Of a stretch of DNA of 64,000 bases, positions 13,200 through 24,201 are shown piece after piece. Position 1 is the first letter of the stretch, and every line of letters begins with the position of its first letter. A program made the translations under genes and the position numbers. Source of the stretch: Octopus sinensis (lineage: Eukaryota). The notes below the pieces were generated by a model. The model was not told the origin of the DNA. It searched no databases and saw only the letters and a list, made by a program, of their open reading frames with translations. The DNA lies in NCBI RefSeq assembly GCF_006345805.1, contig NC_043000.1:53382001-53446000 (forward strand), given 5' to 3'.

Positions 13200-13545
13200 G
13201 TTTATTTATTGATTGACATGAGTATCCCTTGCGATTATAATATTGGAGCAAAAGAGTTTAACGAGTTCAGAAAATACAAAGAATTGCTCACTAACATCGA
13301 GAAAATGTGACATCTCAAAGCAGTTATGTTAGAAGGGCGACTCTTGAAGCTTTTGGCATAATCAAAACAGGTGTGGAACATTATTTGAGAATGGTCTCAG
13401 GTTTGCTATGTTTGCAAGGTGTGCAAAAAGAAGTTTTAACATTTACATAACTTGTACTGAGAAGAGCATAGTCGCTATGCAAATTCCAGTATACGGGGAA
13501 TGTTAGGAAGACATTTGACAAGAAATGGAAACAAAATAGAAGAAA
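13200..13545 (+). mobile_element. R4/Dong-like LINE 3' end (RLE domain remnant)
   Basis: Translates as YLLIDMSIPCDYNIGAKEFNEFRKYKELLTNIEKM*HLKAV..AFGIIKTGVEHYLRMVSGLLCLQGVQKEVLTFT*LVLRRA. The 3' UTR matches the copies at 17505 and 17796 and is followed by (CAA)n(TAA)n. Confidence 0.75.
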
Positions 13546-13563
13546 AACAACAACAACAACAAC

Positions 13564-13624
<61 letters not shown>

Positions 13625-13632
13625 TTAATAAT

Positions 13633-13790
13633 TCTTTCTTAGGGCACAGTGCCTGAAATTTGAGGGAATGGGCAAGTTGATTTTATTCGACTGTGCCTAT
13701 TTCATAAACCCCGAAATAATAAAATGCAAAGTCGACCGCAGCAGTATTTGAACTCAGAATATAAAACCAACAGAAATATATATTAATAAC
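13633..13790 (-). mobile_element. SINE family B fragment
   Basis: Reverse complement of the family B body (CTGAGTTCAAAT..GTCGACTTTGC..). Confidence 0.65.
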
Positions 13791-14306
13791 AAAGATGATG
13801 GTGATGATGATGGTGATGATGACGATGATGATAATGATTATGATGATAGCGGTGGTGGTGGTGGTGGTGGCGGCGGCGGCGGCGGCGGTGGTGTTGATGG
13901 TGGTGGCGGTGGCGGTGGAGATGATGTTACAGATAAAATCTTATATGATTATGCACATTAACAAAGCATAACATAGATTCATTATTATCTCATCTACACT
14001 TTATAAATTATCTCTAAACAAATAATGAAATTAGGTAAACACTGATCGTCGTGTTGTAATGGCAATCTATTAAAATTCTCAGCTATTTAAATTATAGCCA
14101 AATAATAGACAATGTAAACATATCAGTCCCATGTCAATAGTGCTGAAACTGAAATTCCTGATAACATTGCGATCGTTTATTGAATCCCAAGCAGAAGTTC
14201 TTCAAATAGAATTATTCCGTCGTAGTTTCAAATATGCAGACCTGTGTGACTAATATATTTAAAATGCAAGATCTAGAATCATATATATATATATATATAT
14301 ATATAT

Positions 14307-14664
14307 GGCTGCCCCTCGTTATCGAGTATGGCCATTGCACGAAGCTTAACTGTTACTGGTGCTGTGATCGAATGTGACTTTTTAGCCCAGCCAAAGATCT
14401 ACAATGTCTTGTACAGAATTGGCAACTAAAACTTTTACCGGTAATAGCCGGCTGTAGTTGTAACTGGGCTTCATGTACCTTTACATGCCATTTAAGACCT
14501 CCTGCCGAATTACACTCTCTTCCACATGCCTAACAGATATGATTAGTATGGTGTGTAACACCACCACCTGTGGCCAAGTTGTCACTCATCTGTCTCGCTT
14601 TATGACTATGAAGATGACTCTTGAGTCTAACTTTACTAAGGCAGGGTCTTGCACAGACACTGCA
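14307..14664 (-). mobile_element. 5'-truncated LINE 3' end (probably RTE) encoding three C2H2-like fingers, one in-frame stop
   Basis: 14664-14353 reads CSVCARPCLSKVRLKSHLHSH..C*ACGRECNSAGGLKWHVKVH..CQFCTRHCRSLAGLKSHIRSQHQ*. A short 3' UTR follows, and (TA)n flanks both sides. Confidence 0.6.
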
Positions 14665-14669
14665 TATAT

Positions 14670-14723
<54 letters not shown>

Positions 14724-14870
14724 ATACATATATATAAATACATATACACACAAACTCATACACACACTGCATATATATATATATATATACATATATATAA
14801 ATACATATACACACAAACTCATACACACACTGCATATATATATATATATACATACATATACACACAACAA

Positions 14871-14943
<73 letters not shown>

Positions 14944-14947
<4 letters not shown>

Positions 14948-15135
14948 TACATGAGTGAGCACATAAGCGCAGAACAAGGTGGAAAAAATAGTACTCGAGT
15001 ACCAAAGGTAGAGTAAATACTTTTTTGTTAAAGCCGCAAAAGCATCACAGAACTGTCAGGAACGTGAACCTCTGAGTGACAATTCTGTGATGATTTTGCG
15101 GCTTTAACAAAAAAAATTAATCACTCTATCTTTAG
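14944..15135. repeat. inverted-repeat element next to (TA)n (possible Penelope pLTR relic)
   Basis: Arms 15021-15058 and 15077-15114 match 36/38 as inverted repeats around an 18-nt loop, with weaker pairing extending outward. Confidence 0.6.
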
Positions 15136-15408
15136 TGATGCAAACAGAAATAATAGAACCCAAAATATGAATATATGTATATTTTTATTGATATTTAGCA
15201 GAAGCAACAGACTGACTCAAAAGCTAAAAGTTTCGTGTGTTGGCACTTATCGAACTTTCCAACTTTCCGAATACTAAAGCATGAAACTCTTTACTCATTA
15301 ATCTATGTATGTATGTATGTATGTATGTATGTATGTATGTATGTATGTATGTATGTATGTATATATGTATGTATGTATGTATGTAAGTATGTATGTATGT
15401 ATATGTAA

Positions 15409-15439
<31 letters not shown>

Positions 15440-15471
15440 ATATATATTATTAACATTATTATTATTATTAT

Positions 15472-15860
15472 TATTAATAGTTATCGCCAAACTAACATGG
15501 CAGTCCAGGAAAATAGGACGAATGCTACCGTTGATTAGCTTCAAGAGGCCATCGCCTATAGCTAACTATGTGACACACAAACCTGTGACCATTATAACAT
15601 TCGAACAGAGTAGGTCAGCAGCGACGCCTGCTGAGTTCGGTTACTCCACAGTGATAAGCGGTAACTACTCCCAAATTAATCTGTGGGTGTCAAACCAACA
15701 AGGGGAAGTTGCTAACGTCCCCTGTTCGAAGGTTATAATGGACACAGGTTTGTGTGTGTCACATAGCTAGCTAGAGGCGATGGCCTCTTGGAGCTAATCA
15801 ACGGCAACATTCGTCCTATTTTCCTCGACTTCCATGCTAGTTTGGCGATAACTATTAATA
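15472..15860. mobile_element. MITE with ~137-bp terminal inverted repeats
   Basis: Left arm TATTAATAGTTATCGCCAAACTAACATGG..TTCGAACAG (to ~15610) is the reverse complement of ~15722-15860. The core is short and non-coding. Confidence 0.8.
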
Positions 15861-16020
15861 TCCAGTACCGGTGCCGTAGTCTCCTATATATATTAGATTT
15901 TTAAGTAAAGAATATTGGAAAAGAAATCCAACATCAAATATGAATCGGCAATTATAATTAATAATCACTGGCATTGTAGAGTTTAACAATGGTGTCCAAA
16001 TAAATTACAAGTATGTGTGT

Positions 16021-16090
<70 letters not shown>

Positions 16091-16310
16091 CCTTAAAACT
16101 TTGCATTCTTTCATCCCTATTTATGCTAATAATAACATTTGGTAACACGGGTGGAAGTATCGGGCTAAGTTTTATCCAGCAAATTAGAGAGCGGGGAGGC
16201 TTACTGAAGTTTTCACTTCAATGTATCGATGCTTGGCAGGTGCAAGGTAAACCCATTATTTGATACAAATTTTCAGTAAATTGTTCAGTAATTGAAGATA
16301 TGAGTTTTCG

Positions 16311-16443
16311 ATGTTTTCTTTCTTAACTTGTTTCCTTTTAAAATCTCTTTCTGCTTTTAACGTTTTCAATAATGAGCAAAAAGAAGACATATCAATGAAA
16401 ATTCCAAAAGGAATAGCTTTCTCTAGCAACATTTTATATGCAG
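16311..16443 (+). CDS. candidate coding exon (possible first exon with hydrophobic N-terminus)
   Basis: ATG at 16311 opens MFSFLTCFLLKSLSAFNVFNNEQKEDISMKIPKGIAFSSNILYA(G/D), ending at a consensus donor CAG|GTGAGT. The start may instead be a downstream acceptor. No homolog recognised. Confidence 0.3.
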
Positions 16444-17345
16444 GTGAGTCAAGTCCTTGCTAATCTGTCTTAAGCCAGCTACAAGTTTTAGCGATGTGAC
16501 AGCATAGTAACATATTCCACATATTTCAGTACACTATAGCCAAACAAAAACCATTAACACAGAATTTTCATTGTAAAGTGATTCCTTTTCATAAAGTTTT
16601 GACAAGAAGCTTGAAGGTATTTCAGCAATGATGCATTTAACAGCTACGATAATTTAGTGAATCAAACAAAAATAAAACTACTTATTGCAAAATTATTTCA
16701 AAAGTGAAATTTCTTTTTGCCAAATATAGAAATATTGTAAAAATATGCTTGCACAATACTTTGACAGAAATATATCTGCATCAAAATTGTAAGTTTTACT
16801 CTAGTATTAAACACAACCAATATTGTAGGAAATATTGTAGCAATGGTTATAAAATAGTTCATAAACAATAACAAAAATACTGTGCCCAGAACAGTCGAAT
16901 GCAAATGCAGCTGTAGATTTTTAAGTAAAGAATATTGGAAAAGAAATTCAACATCAAATATGAATCGGCTATTATAATTAATAATCACTGGCATTGTAGA
17001 GTTTAACAAAGGTGTCCAAAAAAATTACAAGTTCCACTGTTGCTTCTTATCTGATAGGTGTGGGTGTTTCTTTGTAATTAGATATATAACACATTTGTGT
17101 TGTATCTCTCACTTGAAACTTAAAAAGCTTTATTGCAGAAACATGTAATCTATTAATCTTTCGCTTAAAGACCTAGAAGTTTCATCTATCTAGTATTCAG
17201 GGAGATCTGCAGATATTCTTTCTTGGCACCTTGTACAGTGCATAGCGTTTCTAATTTTGCAATTGAGATGTGGCTTTGCTATACACGCTATGCAATTACT
17301 TTGACTGGTGTTATTGTCAAAGAGACTGTAACGGATCTACGATTC

Positions 17346-17408
<63 letters not shown>

Positions 17409-17410
17409 GT

Positions 17411-17504
<94 letters not shown>

Positions 17505-17505
<1 letters not shown>

Positions 17506-17751
17506 TTCCCCTCTTTCTTCAAATTTTCTTCTGTTTCTCGCCGGGTGTTTTCCGTACACCTAGGGCAGAGAATCTCATTGTATGCATTCCCAGATCACAC
17601 ACAAATTAACAGGTAAAATATGTATTTAAAAAATTAATAAATAAATAAATTCCTGAATGGATGTTGTTTTCACAGCGATAATGCTCTCTCAGTACATCAG
17701 CCGTTCCAGTTAACACGATTTTTTGAACTTCCTGTAGGGATGGCAAGCCCT
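17505..17751 (-). mobile_element. R4/Dong-like LINE extreme 3' end
   Basis: Minus strand GLPSLQEVQKIVLTGTADVLRE. The 3' UTR is similar to those at 17796-17870 and 13490-13545. Confidence 0.7.
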
Positions 17752-17752
17752 A

Positions 17753-17795
<43 letters not shown>

Positions 17796-18150
17796 TTTTT
17801 TTTTCTTCTTCTTTCAAATTTGCTTCCATTTCTTGCCGGGTGTCTTCCCGACTCCTAGGGCAAAGAAACTCATAGTATACATTGGTAGGCCATTAAACCA
17901 AACTCAGTAGTTCGTTCATTTTTTTTTTTTTTTAAGTTAAATTAAAATACATGAGCAGCAACAGTTCTCACATCGACAATGCTCTTCTCAATACGTGTGA
18001 TGTACCAGTTAAGACAATCTTTTGCACTTCTTGCAGGGATGGTAAGCCAGGGATCATTCTCATAATTTTCGGTTCCCTTCTTGATCATTCCTAGTGCTCC
18101 TACGATCACTGGTATTGTAACCGCCTTGAGATGCCCCATTTTCTCAATTT
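17796..18150 (-). mobile_element. R4/Dong-like LINE 3' end
   Basis: ORF track HLKAVTIPVIVGALGMIKKGTEN followed after a frameshift by GLPSLQEVQKIVLTGTSHVLRRALSM. This is a typical C-terminus of RLE-type non-LTR ORFs. Confidence 0.8.
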
Positions 18151-18217
18151 TATTATTATATAATATTATTATTATTATATAATAATTATATAATAATAAT
18201 AATAATTATTATTATTA

Positions 18218-18255
<38 letters not shown>

Positions 18256-18256
<1 letters not shown>

Positions 18257-18480
18257 ATGCGGTGAGCTGGCAGAATCATTAGCATGCTGGGCAAAATGCT
18301 TAGTGGCATTTAACCCACTTTTATGTTCTGAGTTCAAATTCCACCGAGGTTGACTTTGCTTTTCATCATTTTGTGGTCGATAAATTAAGTACCAATGAAA
18401 CAGTGGGGGTCGATGTAATCGACTAGCCGTTCCTCTTCCAAAATTTCAGGACTTGTGTCTTTAGTAGAAAAGATTATTAT
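18256..18480 (+). mobile_element. SINE family B
   Basis: GCGGTGAGCTGGCAGAATCATTAGCA head, CTGAGTTCAAATTCC B-box, conserved body. Confidence 0.8.
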
Positions 18481-18620
18481 TATTATTTGTTTGTTTTTAT
18501 CATCCCTAACATTTTATCTATTTTGTTAATAGATTTTGTTTACATTTATATTTATATACTTGCTTACAATAGAATTTTCGCTCTTAGAATATTTCTTATT
18601 CAGCTAGATTATTGCTTTTG

Positions 18621-18654
<34 letters not shown>

Positions 18655-19482
18655 TAACAATTTAATAAATAAAACATATGCATACATACATATATGTACA
18701 TACCTACATCTATATGTATATACACATGCATGTATATATATATATATGAGTACAGGACACCACAAATAAACGTAGAACAAAACGAGAAACGAAAACATAA
18801 AAGCAAGCAAGGAAACGGACATTTTTTAACAACGAAAAAACAGAGTACAAGCCAAACAATTCATTAGCTGGCTCTGGTTCGACTCAATGCGTGTTTCGAA
18901 GGTAAGGGCAGAACACGATCAGACGGAAGCAGTCCTTCCTGTAAAATGAATTAAATAAAATTCTTTTGCAGAGGGGTAAAAAAAAGTGACAAGTACAGGA
19001 CGTAAAAGCAATACAGATAAAGAAAAAAACGGTACGCATAAGGAATAAAAACAGGACATAGAAACCAACGATAAGGGTTTTTTTAAGCCTAGACGGTGGA
19101 AAAATTTGTTGGAACGCCTTCTTGAAGATCGACTTGCAGAAGACAGAAGAAAGTCGGTGTTGACTTGTTGAAAGCAGCGGGCAGAAAGAAAGTTTAGTAG
19201 TCCGGTCAGCGGCCAGAGAGAGGAGGAGTGAGAGAGAGAGGAGGAGGAGGAGGAGTGAGAGAGAGGGGGGAAAGAAACCCGAAGGGTGAAAAATAAGAAG
19301 GAGAGAGACAGGTAGAGAGGAAGACAGACAGGCAGGAAGGAAACGTCAAGTAAAGAGTTAAGTGTGCGCGTCATAATTATTATATTACTTCTGCTTACCT
19401 TACTTTTTACTGTAGCTATTACTACCACTGCTACTGTTATTTCTAATGATATTGACATTTCTATCATTAATATGTATTGCTT

Positions 19483-19695
19483 GTAAGGCGGTGAGGTGGC
19501 AGAATTGCTAACACTCTGGGGAAGTGCTTAGTGGCATTTCGAATCTTTACATTCCCACTTCAAATTCTTCTGATGGAAACTTTGTCTTTCATCCTTTCGG
19601 GGTTGATAAAATAAGTACCACTTGAACACAGGGTCCCATGTAATCGACTTAACACTTCCCCAAACTTCATGACCTTGTGCAAAATATTTGAAACC
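19483..19695 (+). mobile_element. SINE family B
   Basis: AAGGCGGTGAGGTGGCAGAATTG head and conserved body. Confidence 0.75.
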
Positions 19696-19700
19696 TATAT

Positions 19701-19765
<65 letters not shown>

Positions 19766-19774
<9 letters not shown>

Positions 19775-20162
19775 AGTATATGAAAGAATGGAGTTGAACG
19801 ACTAGTTAACAAATATCCTTGCGGTCAGCTAAAAGTTTTTTGTGCATTTTGATGTCGACATAAGTTCCTTGATTTTCCTGATGAGAAATCTGCATAATGT
19901 ACTCCTTATTCCTTCGGAATTAGGAATATGCAGCCTTGGAAACATATGTCGAGAATAAAGGATATTTGTTAACCAGTCGTTCAACTCCATTCTTTCATAT
20001 ACTTATAATTTTAAAATAAACATACAAATTTCCGCACGAAGGCACGTAGTCTATGCCCTAGGGACGTAGCTTCAACCGTGTTCTTTCTGATGTGAATTTG
20101 CTACCCAGGTATCGGTTATCTTTCGAATTATCCTTAATAAGATAATTTATTCAACTACTCAA
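19766..20162 (+). mobile_element. Penelope-like pLTR fragment with inverted 5' segment and hammerhead-like motif
   Basis: Flanked by (TA)n on both sides. 19766-19820 is a 54/55 inverted copy of 19958-20012, and the spacer holds a hammerhead-like core. Confidence 0.55.
19872..19956 (+). ncRNA. type I hammerhead ribozyme-like motif (probably degenerate)
   Basis: Stem I AUUUUC/GAGAAU; CUGAUGA (19878-84); long stem II (CUGCAUA/UAUGCAG plus AUUCCU/AGGAAU); GAAA (19939-42); stem III AC-AUAU-GU with palindromic loop; GUC triplet ending at 19950. The 10.1-11.1 pair is G:G instead of R:Y. Confidence 0.5.
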
Positions 20163-20175
20163 ATATATATATATA

Positions 20176-20915
20176 TAAAGTAAAGGCTATTTGCCAGCAT
20201 AATGTGGTTATACTGGAAGGGACGATCTTACTGTTGTTTATCCCCAGGAGACATCGTTTCCAGCTGGCTTTACGGCACGATATCTGTGTATATATTTTCA
20301 AACAGGGAGTTCAGCACTCCCATCTAGCGCAAAACAACATCTGTAGACCGATTTCTGGGTCATTGTGCTTTATTAACACAGAGAAGCTGCTTGGCTAGGG
20401 TCCGTTACTGAATTCATCGTTCGAATATATAGTTTTCAAAGTGGCACACAGTTACTGATCAAAAGCTAGAAATATTATTATTTCTAAATCTCTCAAAGAG
20501 AAATATTCAGTAATAGATCTTAAAAGTAATAGCTATTTGCCAACATAATGTCGCTGTACTGGAAAGGACGATATTAGGGTTGTTTAGCCTCAGGAAACAT
20601 CGCTTCTAGCTGGCTATACGACACACTATCTATGTCCTTATATTTTCGAACAGGGATAAAGTGCAATAACCTAGATACCGGTCTAGAGATGTTGTTTTGC
20701 GCTAGATCTGAGTGCGGAACGCCCTGCTCGAAAATATAAGGACTCAGATATTGTGTCGTATAGCCAGCTGAAAATAAGAAAATAATGTTTCCTGGGCTAA
20801 ACAACCGTAACTTCATCCCTTCCAGGAGAGCCACATTATTTTGACAAATAGCCTTTATTTTAAAGAACTGCTGCGGAATAACTCTCTTTGAGAAATTTAG
20901 AATAATAATATTTCT
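20176..20915. mobile_element. fold-back/MITE element (20468-20915, ~190-bp imperfect TIRs) plus a partial third arm (20176-20350)
   Basis: 20468-20655 is the reverse complement of 20722-20915. 20176-20350 is the reverse complement of ~20679-20860. A related decayed fragment lies near 6840-6930. Confidence 0.7.
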
Positions 20916-22309
20916 TTTATATATATATATATATATATTTTTTTTTTCATCATGTGCTCCGTTTGTATCCCTGCAAATGTCAGGTCTATCCTTAGCATTG
21001 CAAACACAATGTGAATCATTTCAGGAGTTATCTCCTGCACTGCTAACTGAATGTGTTCAGCTAAACTATTGCTCCATCCTAAGAATAAAGTTACAGAAAA
21101 TGATTGCAGCCAAACTGAAACAAAGCAGGACCACTAAGCAGGATCCAATAGGAGTGAAAATAAAAATATAAAAGATTTTTTAAATTATAAAATTATAAAT
21201 AAGTTTTAAAATTTATGCACTTCTAACACGTATTAAAAATGATAAGCATAAATAAAAGTGAGTTTTAAAAAAAATTTGTCTGATATCACTGAAATAGATA
21301 GTTAATTCTGCGAAACCCTGTATTTAAAGTTCTGAAACCTAGATATACTGGCAAACAGCCTCATTTCGGACCAGTTGTAGTTGAACTGTGTTACTGACCA
21401 GGAGACAGCAGGCGTGATGATTTGACACGAAATAATGAGTAAGTTATGTTTATAGCTTTCTTTGTTTTTTAATGGCCAATATGTGTCATATATGTTATAA
21501 TTGCTTTAGTTTCCACACACAGCAATTATAAATCCTTGCCAGAAAAGCGCATCCCTGAAATGTTATATGGTTGTATTGTTCTTTAGAAGAGTATGAACTA
21601 TTACTTTTATTTTTGCATCTAATTTGAAATCACATTCAAGAAGGTATTAAATTATTTCCATCAACCAAAGCGAATAAAATTATGTTGCCTAAAATTTTTT
21701 CTCATTTGCCCACATATGTTGCAAGTATCTTAGTACTATGAAGAATCAACATCGATTATTTTGCTGAATATCTGAATTGTAACATGTGAGAGAAATCTGT
21801 TGTAAAAGGATACTGTTCATCAATACTGGTTAAGAAAACTCATTATAGAAAACATCTTTAAATTTTCACAACTGAATTTACAAATAATTTAAATGTTGAA
21901 TTAAGGAAAATATTTTAAGATATTAAATCATATTAAATATTTCTTTTTCAGTAGAGTATATGGGGTTACATTACTTAAATTATAAAAGAATATATCATGT
22001 ATTGATCAAGAATGTTATAATATTCATTTGTTTTAAGGAACCAACGCTATTTATACTGAACAATTTTTGACAGATATTTTCCTTTAAATACCAAATATGC
22101 TATACGAGGAATCCCTTTAGCTATGCTGCAACATTTGGTCATAATCTCTTAATATTATATAATTCATATGATGAGGGAGAAAGGTTATTCAGTCTCATGA
22201 AAGTTATCTAGGCAAAATAGAAATAATATAAGATGCAACTTCCAAACCTTGGAACTATTTTCTCTGAAAATAATGATCTGATAAATGTTGTAAAGATTTT
22301 TCTTTGTAC

Positions 22310-22350
22310 CTGCAGCAACACCAAGTAAAACTAGCACAATCGGTGTATAC
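22310..22350 (-). CDS. candidate 41-nt internal exon
   Basis: Acceptor TTTATTTGTGATTTAG and donor CAG|GTACAA. Open frames YTPIVLVLLGVAA or VYTDCASFTWCCC. No homolog recognised. Confidence 0.2.
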
Positions 22351-22650
22351 CTAAATCACAAATAAAGTTTTAACATGGGAGATATTAAAGAATTCAATGA
22401 TTTAAAAGATTCTGGTGCAGATATATTGGCTAAGGTTTATTTTCCAAGTCCTTTCTTTAATAAGTAACAGTAGTTCTCATGTATTGAGTTTTAAAAAGTT
22501 TTATGCCCATGTTTTAATAAATTGTGCATAAAATCGTAATTTGCAATCAGCAATATTAATTCATTCAGACGACAAGAATAAAATATGAACCAAGCTATGT
22601 GTTTAAGATACACAAATATATATATATTGACTTTTTTGTCTTAGCTGAGG

Positions 22651-22774
22651 CAGCCTCTTGCAACTCTGAGTTTCACCTCTAGGTACACAGGATCTTCAGG
22701 ACAGGTGTGACACCTCACAACTTATCTGAATATCATGTGTGCCTATAGGTGCAACTCAAAGTCGCAAGAGGCTG
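22651..22774. repeat. isolated 124-nt hairpin (49-bp arms, 7 mismatches)
   Basis: CAGCCTCTTGCAACTCTGAGTTTCACCTCTAGGTACACAGGATCTTCAG pairs with 22726-22774. Confidence 0.75.
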
Positions 22775-22900
22775 GGTTGATCCAACTAAAATATCATCAA
22801 TCTATACTATGGTACTGAATAATCTTTTTTCCAACAGTTTTCATTAAAGGATATATATGTGTGTATGTATGTATTTATATGAATATATATGTATACGTGC

Positions 22901-22962
<62 letters not shown>

Positions 22963-23003
22963 TCTGTCGCTCTTTTTTCCTCTCTCACTATATATATATA
23001 TAT

Positions 23004-23035
<32 letters not shown>

Positions 23036-23063
23036 ATATCCTCTGTCGCTCTTTTTTCCTCTC

Positions 23064-23118
<55 letters not shown>

Positions 23119-23814
23119 GAAAAGCCAAGTAGTTTGATTGAACCATTGTATACGCCGACTTTACATGAAGATCAATAGTAAATCGGAATTTAGCTGGTAG
23201 CTTCTGTAAATTACAACCCCCACCAACCCATCACTGCAGCTATGATGAGAATATCATCACCATAAAGGTGATTGGCACTGCTGCCTACCAAAAGCATACC
23301 AACAACTACCACCAAGGCTACGACCACTACCATTGCCTTTCGCAATGGGAATTTTTGTTGTTGTTTGTCACTACTTTGTCAACAACTAGTAAAACTACCA
23401 ACAACACAGATATAGACAACACTATCACTAACTACCAACATAGCATTTGCCATTACTATGACCACCAACTACCACCATGGTATTGAGCACTAACGATGAC
23501 CTCATTCACCACCACTGTTGCCAACATACGGCCAGTCATCCACCACTACCCACTGTGTGACATCTACTGCACCAACAGCACCATTATTCGTAGAGCTGCA
23601 GCTGCTAGCACAAGCACTGAACTAAAACTGGATCACTGCCCATCCGGTTATACAAATAGCAGGATCTACCTAGACACACATTTCTTTGACAGTACACTTC
23701 TGAAGATGGGCCCTTGCGCCCACAATAAATAAGGATTTTCAACTTTCGTATTTGCATTATTAAGAAGCTTTCTTCATTTCCGTTTACATTTATTATTCAA
23801 CTTATATATACGTA

Positions 23815-23894
<80 letters not shown>

Positions 23895-24139
23895 AAAATT
23901 AAGGTTAAAAATTGATATTAGTCAATTAAAACCAGTGGTCAGCACATTAAAAAGAATCCGAAGATTAAAATATTTATATATACCAATTAAGACTGAACAC
24001 GAAAAAGTGGACAGTCACATGCTAGATATAGACGTCAAATCGCCATTCTCCACAAAGATTTTGTTCTCAAATAAAAATAAAATTCAGCACGACCTAAAGC
24101 AATGATGAGAAACAGAAATATACTAAATGGAATAATCAC

Positions 24140-24201
24140 CTACGTACCGTACAGTTTCAGCTATTAATATCACAAGGATATCTGTAGCTTCGTCAGCGTA
24201 G
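24140..24201 (-). ncRNA. minimal type I hammerhead ribozyme, copy 1
   Basis: Minus strand CUACG CUGACGA AGCUA cagauauccuugugauauuaa UAGCU GAAA CU guac GG UA^ CGUAG. All core nucleotides present; stem I 5 bp, stem II 5 bp plus an inner helix, short stem III with palindromic GUAC loop. Predicted cleavage between 24145 and 24144. Confidence 0.8.

Larger units (their letters stand above)
17347..18255. repeat. compound (TTA)n/(CTT)n microsatellite array interrupted by two LINE fragments
   Basis: Visible TTA runs at 17347-17504, 17752-17795 and 18151-18255. Confidence 0.9.

Noticed and set aside
14473-15005. Long ORFs rich in YI/HT/CV (also at 22807-23178, 58139-58419, 17223-17609 and others)
   Set aside because: They are translations of (TA)n, (CA)n and (TTA)n microsatellites, not genes.
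20950-21445. Open frames on both strands and a GTAAGT donor at ~21440
   Set aside because: Several mutually exclusive readings. The segment before the donor has stops in all three frames, so no CDS can be supported without RNA data.
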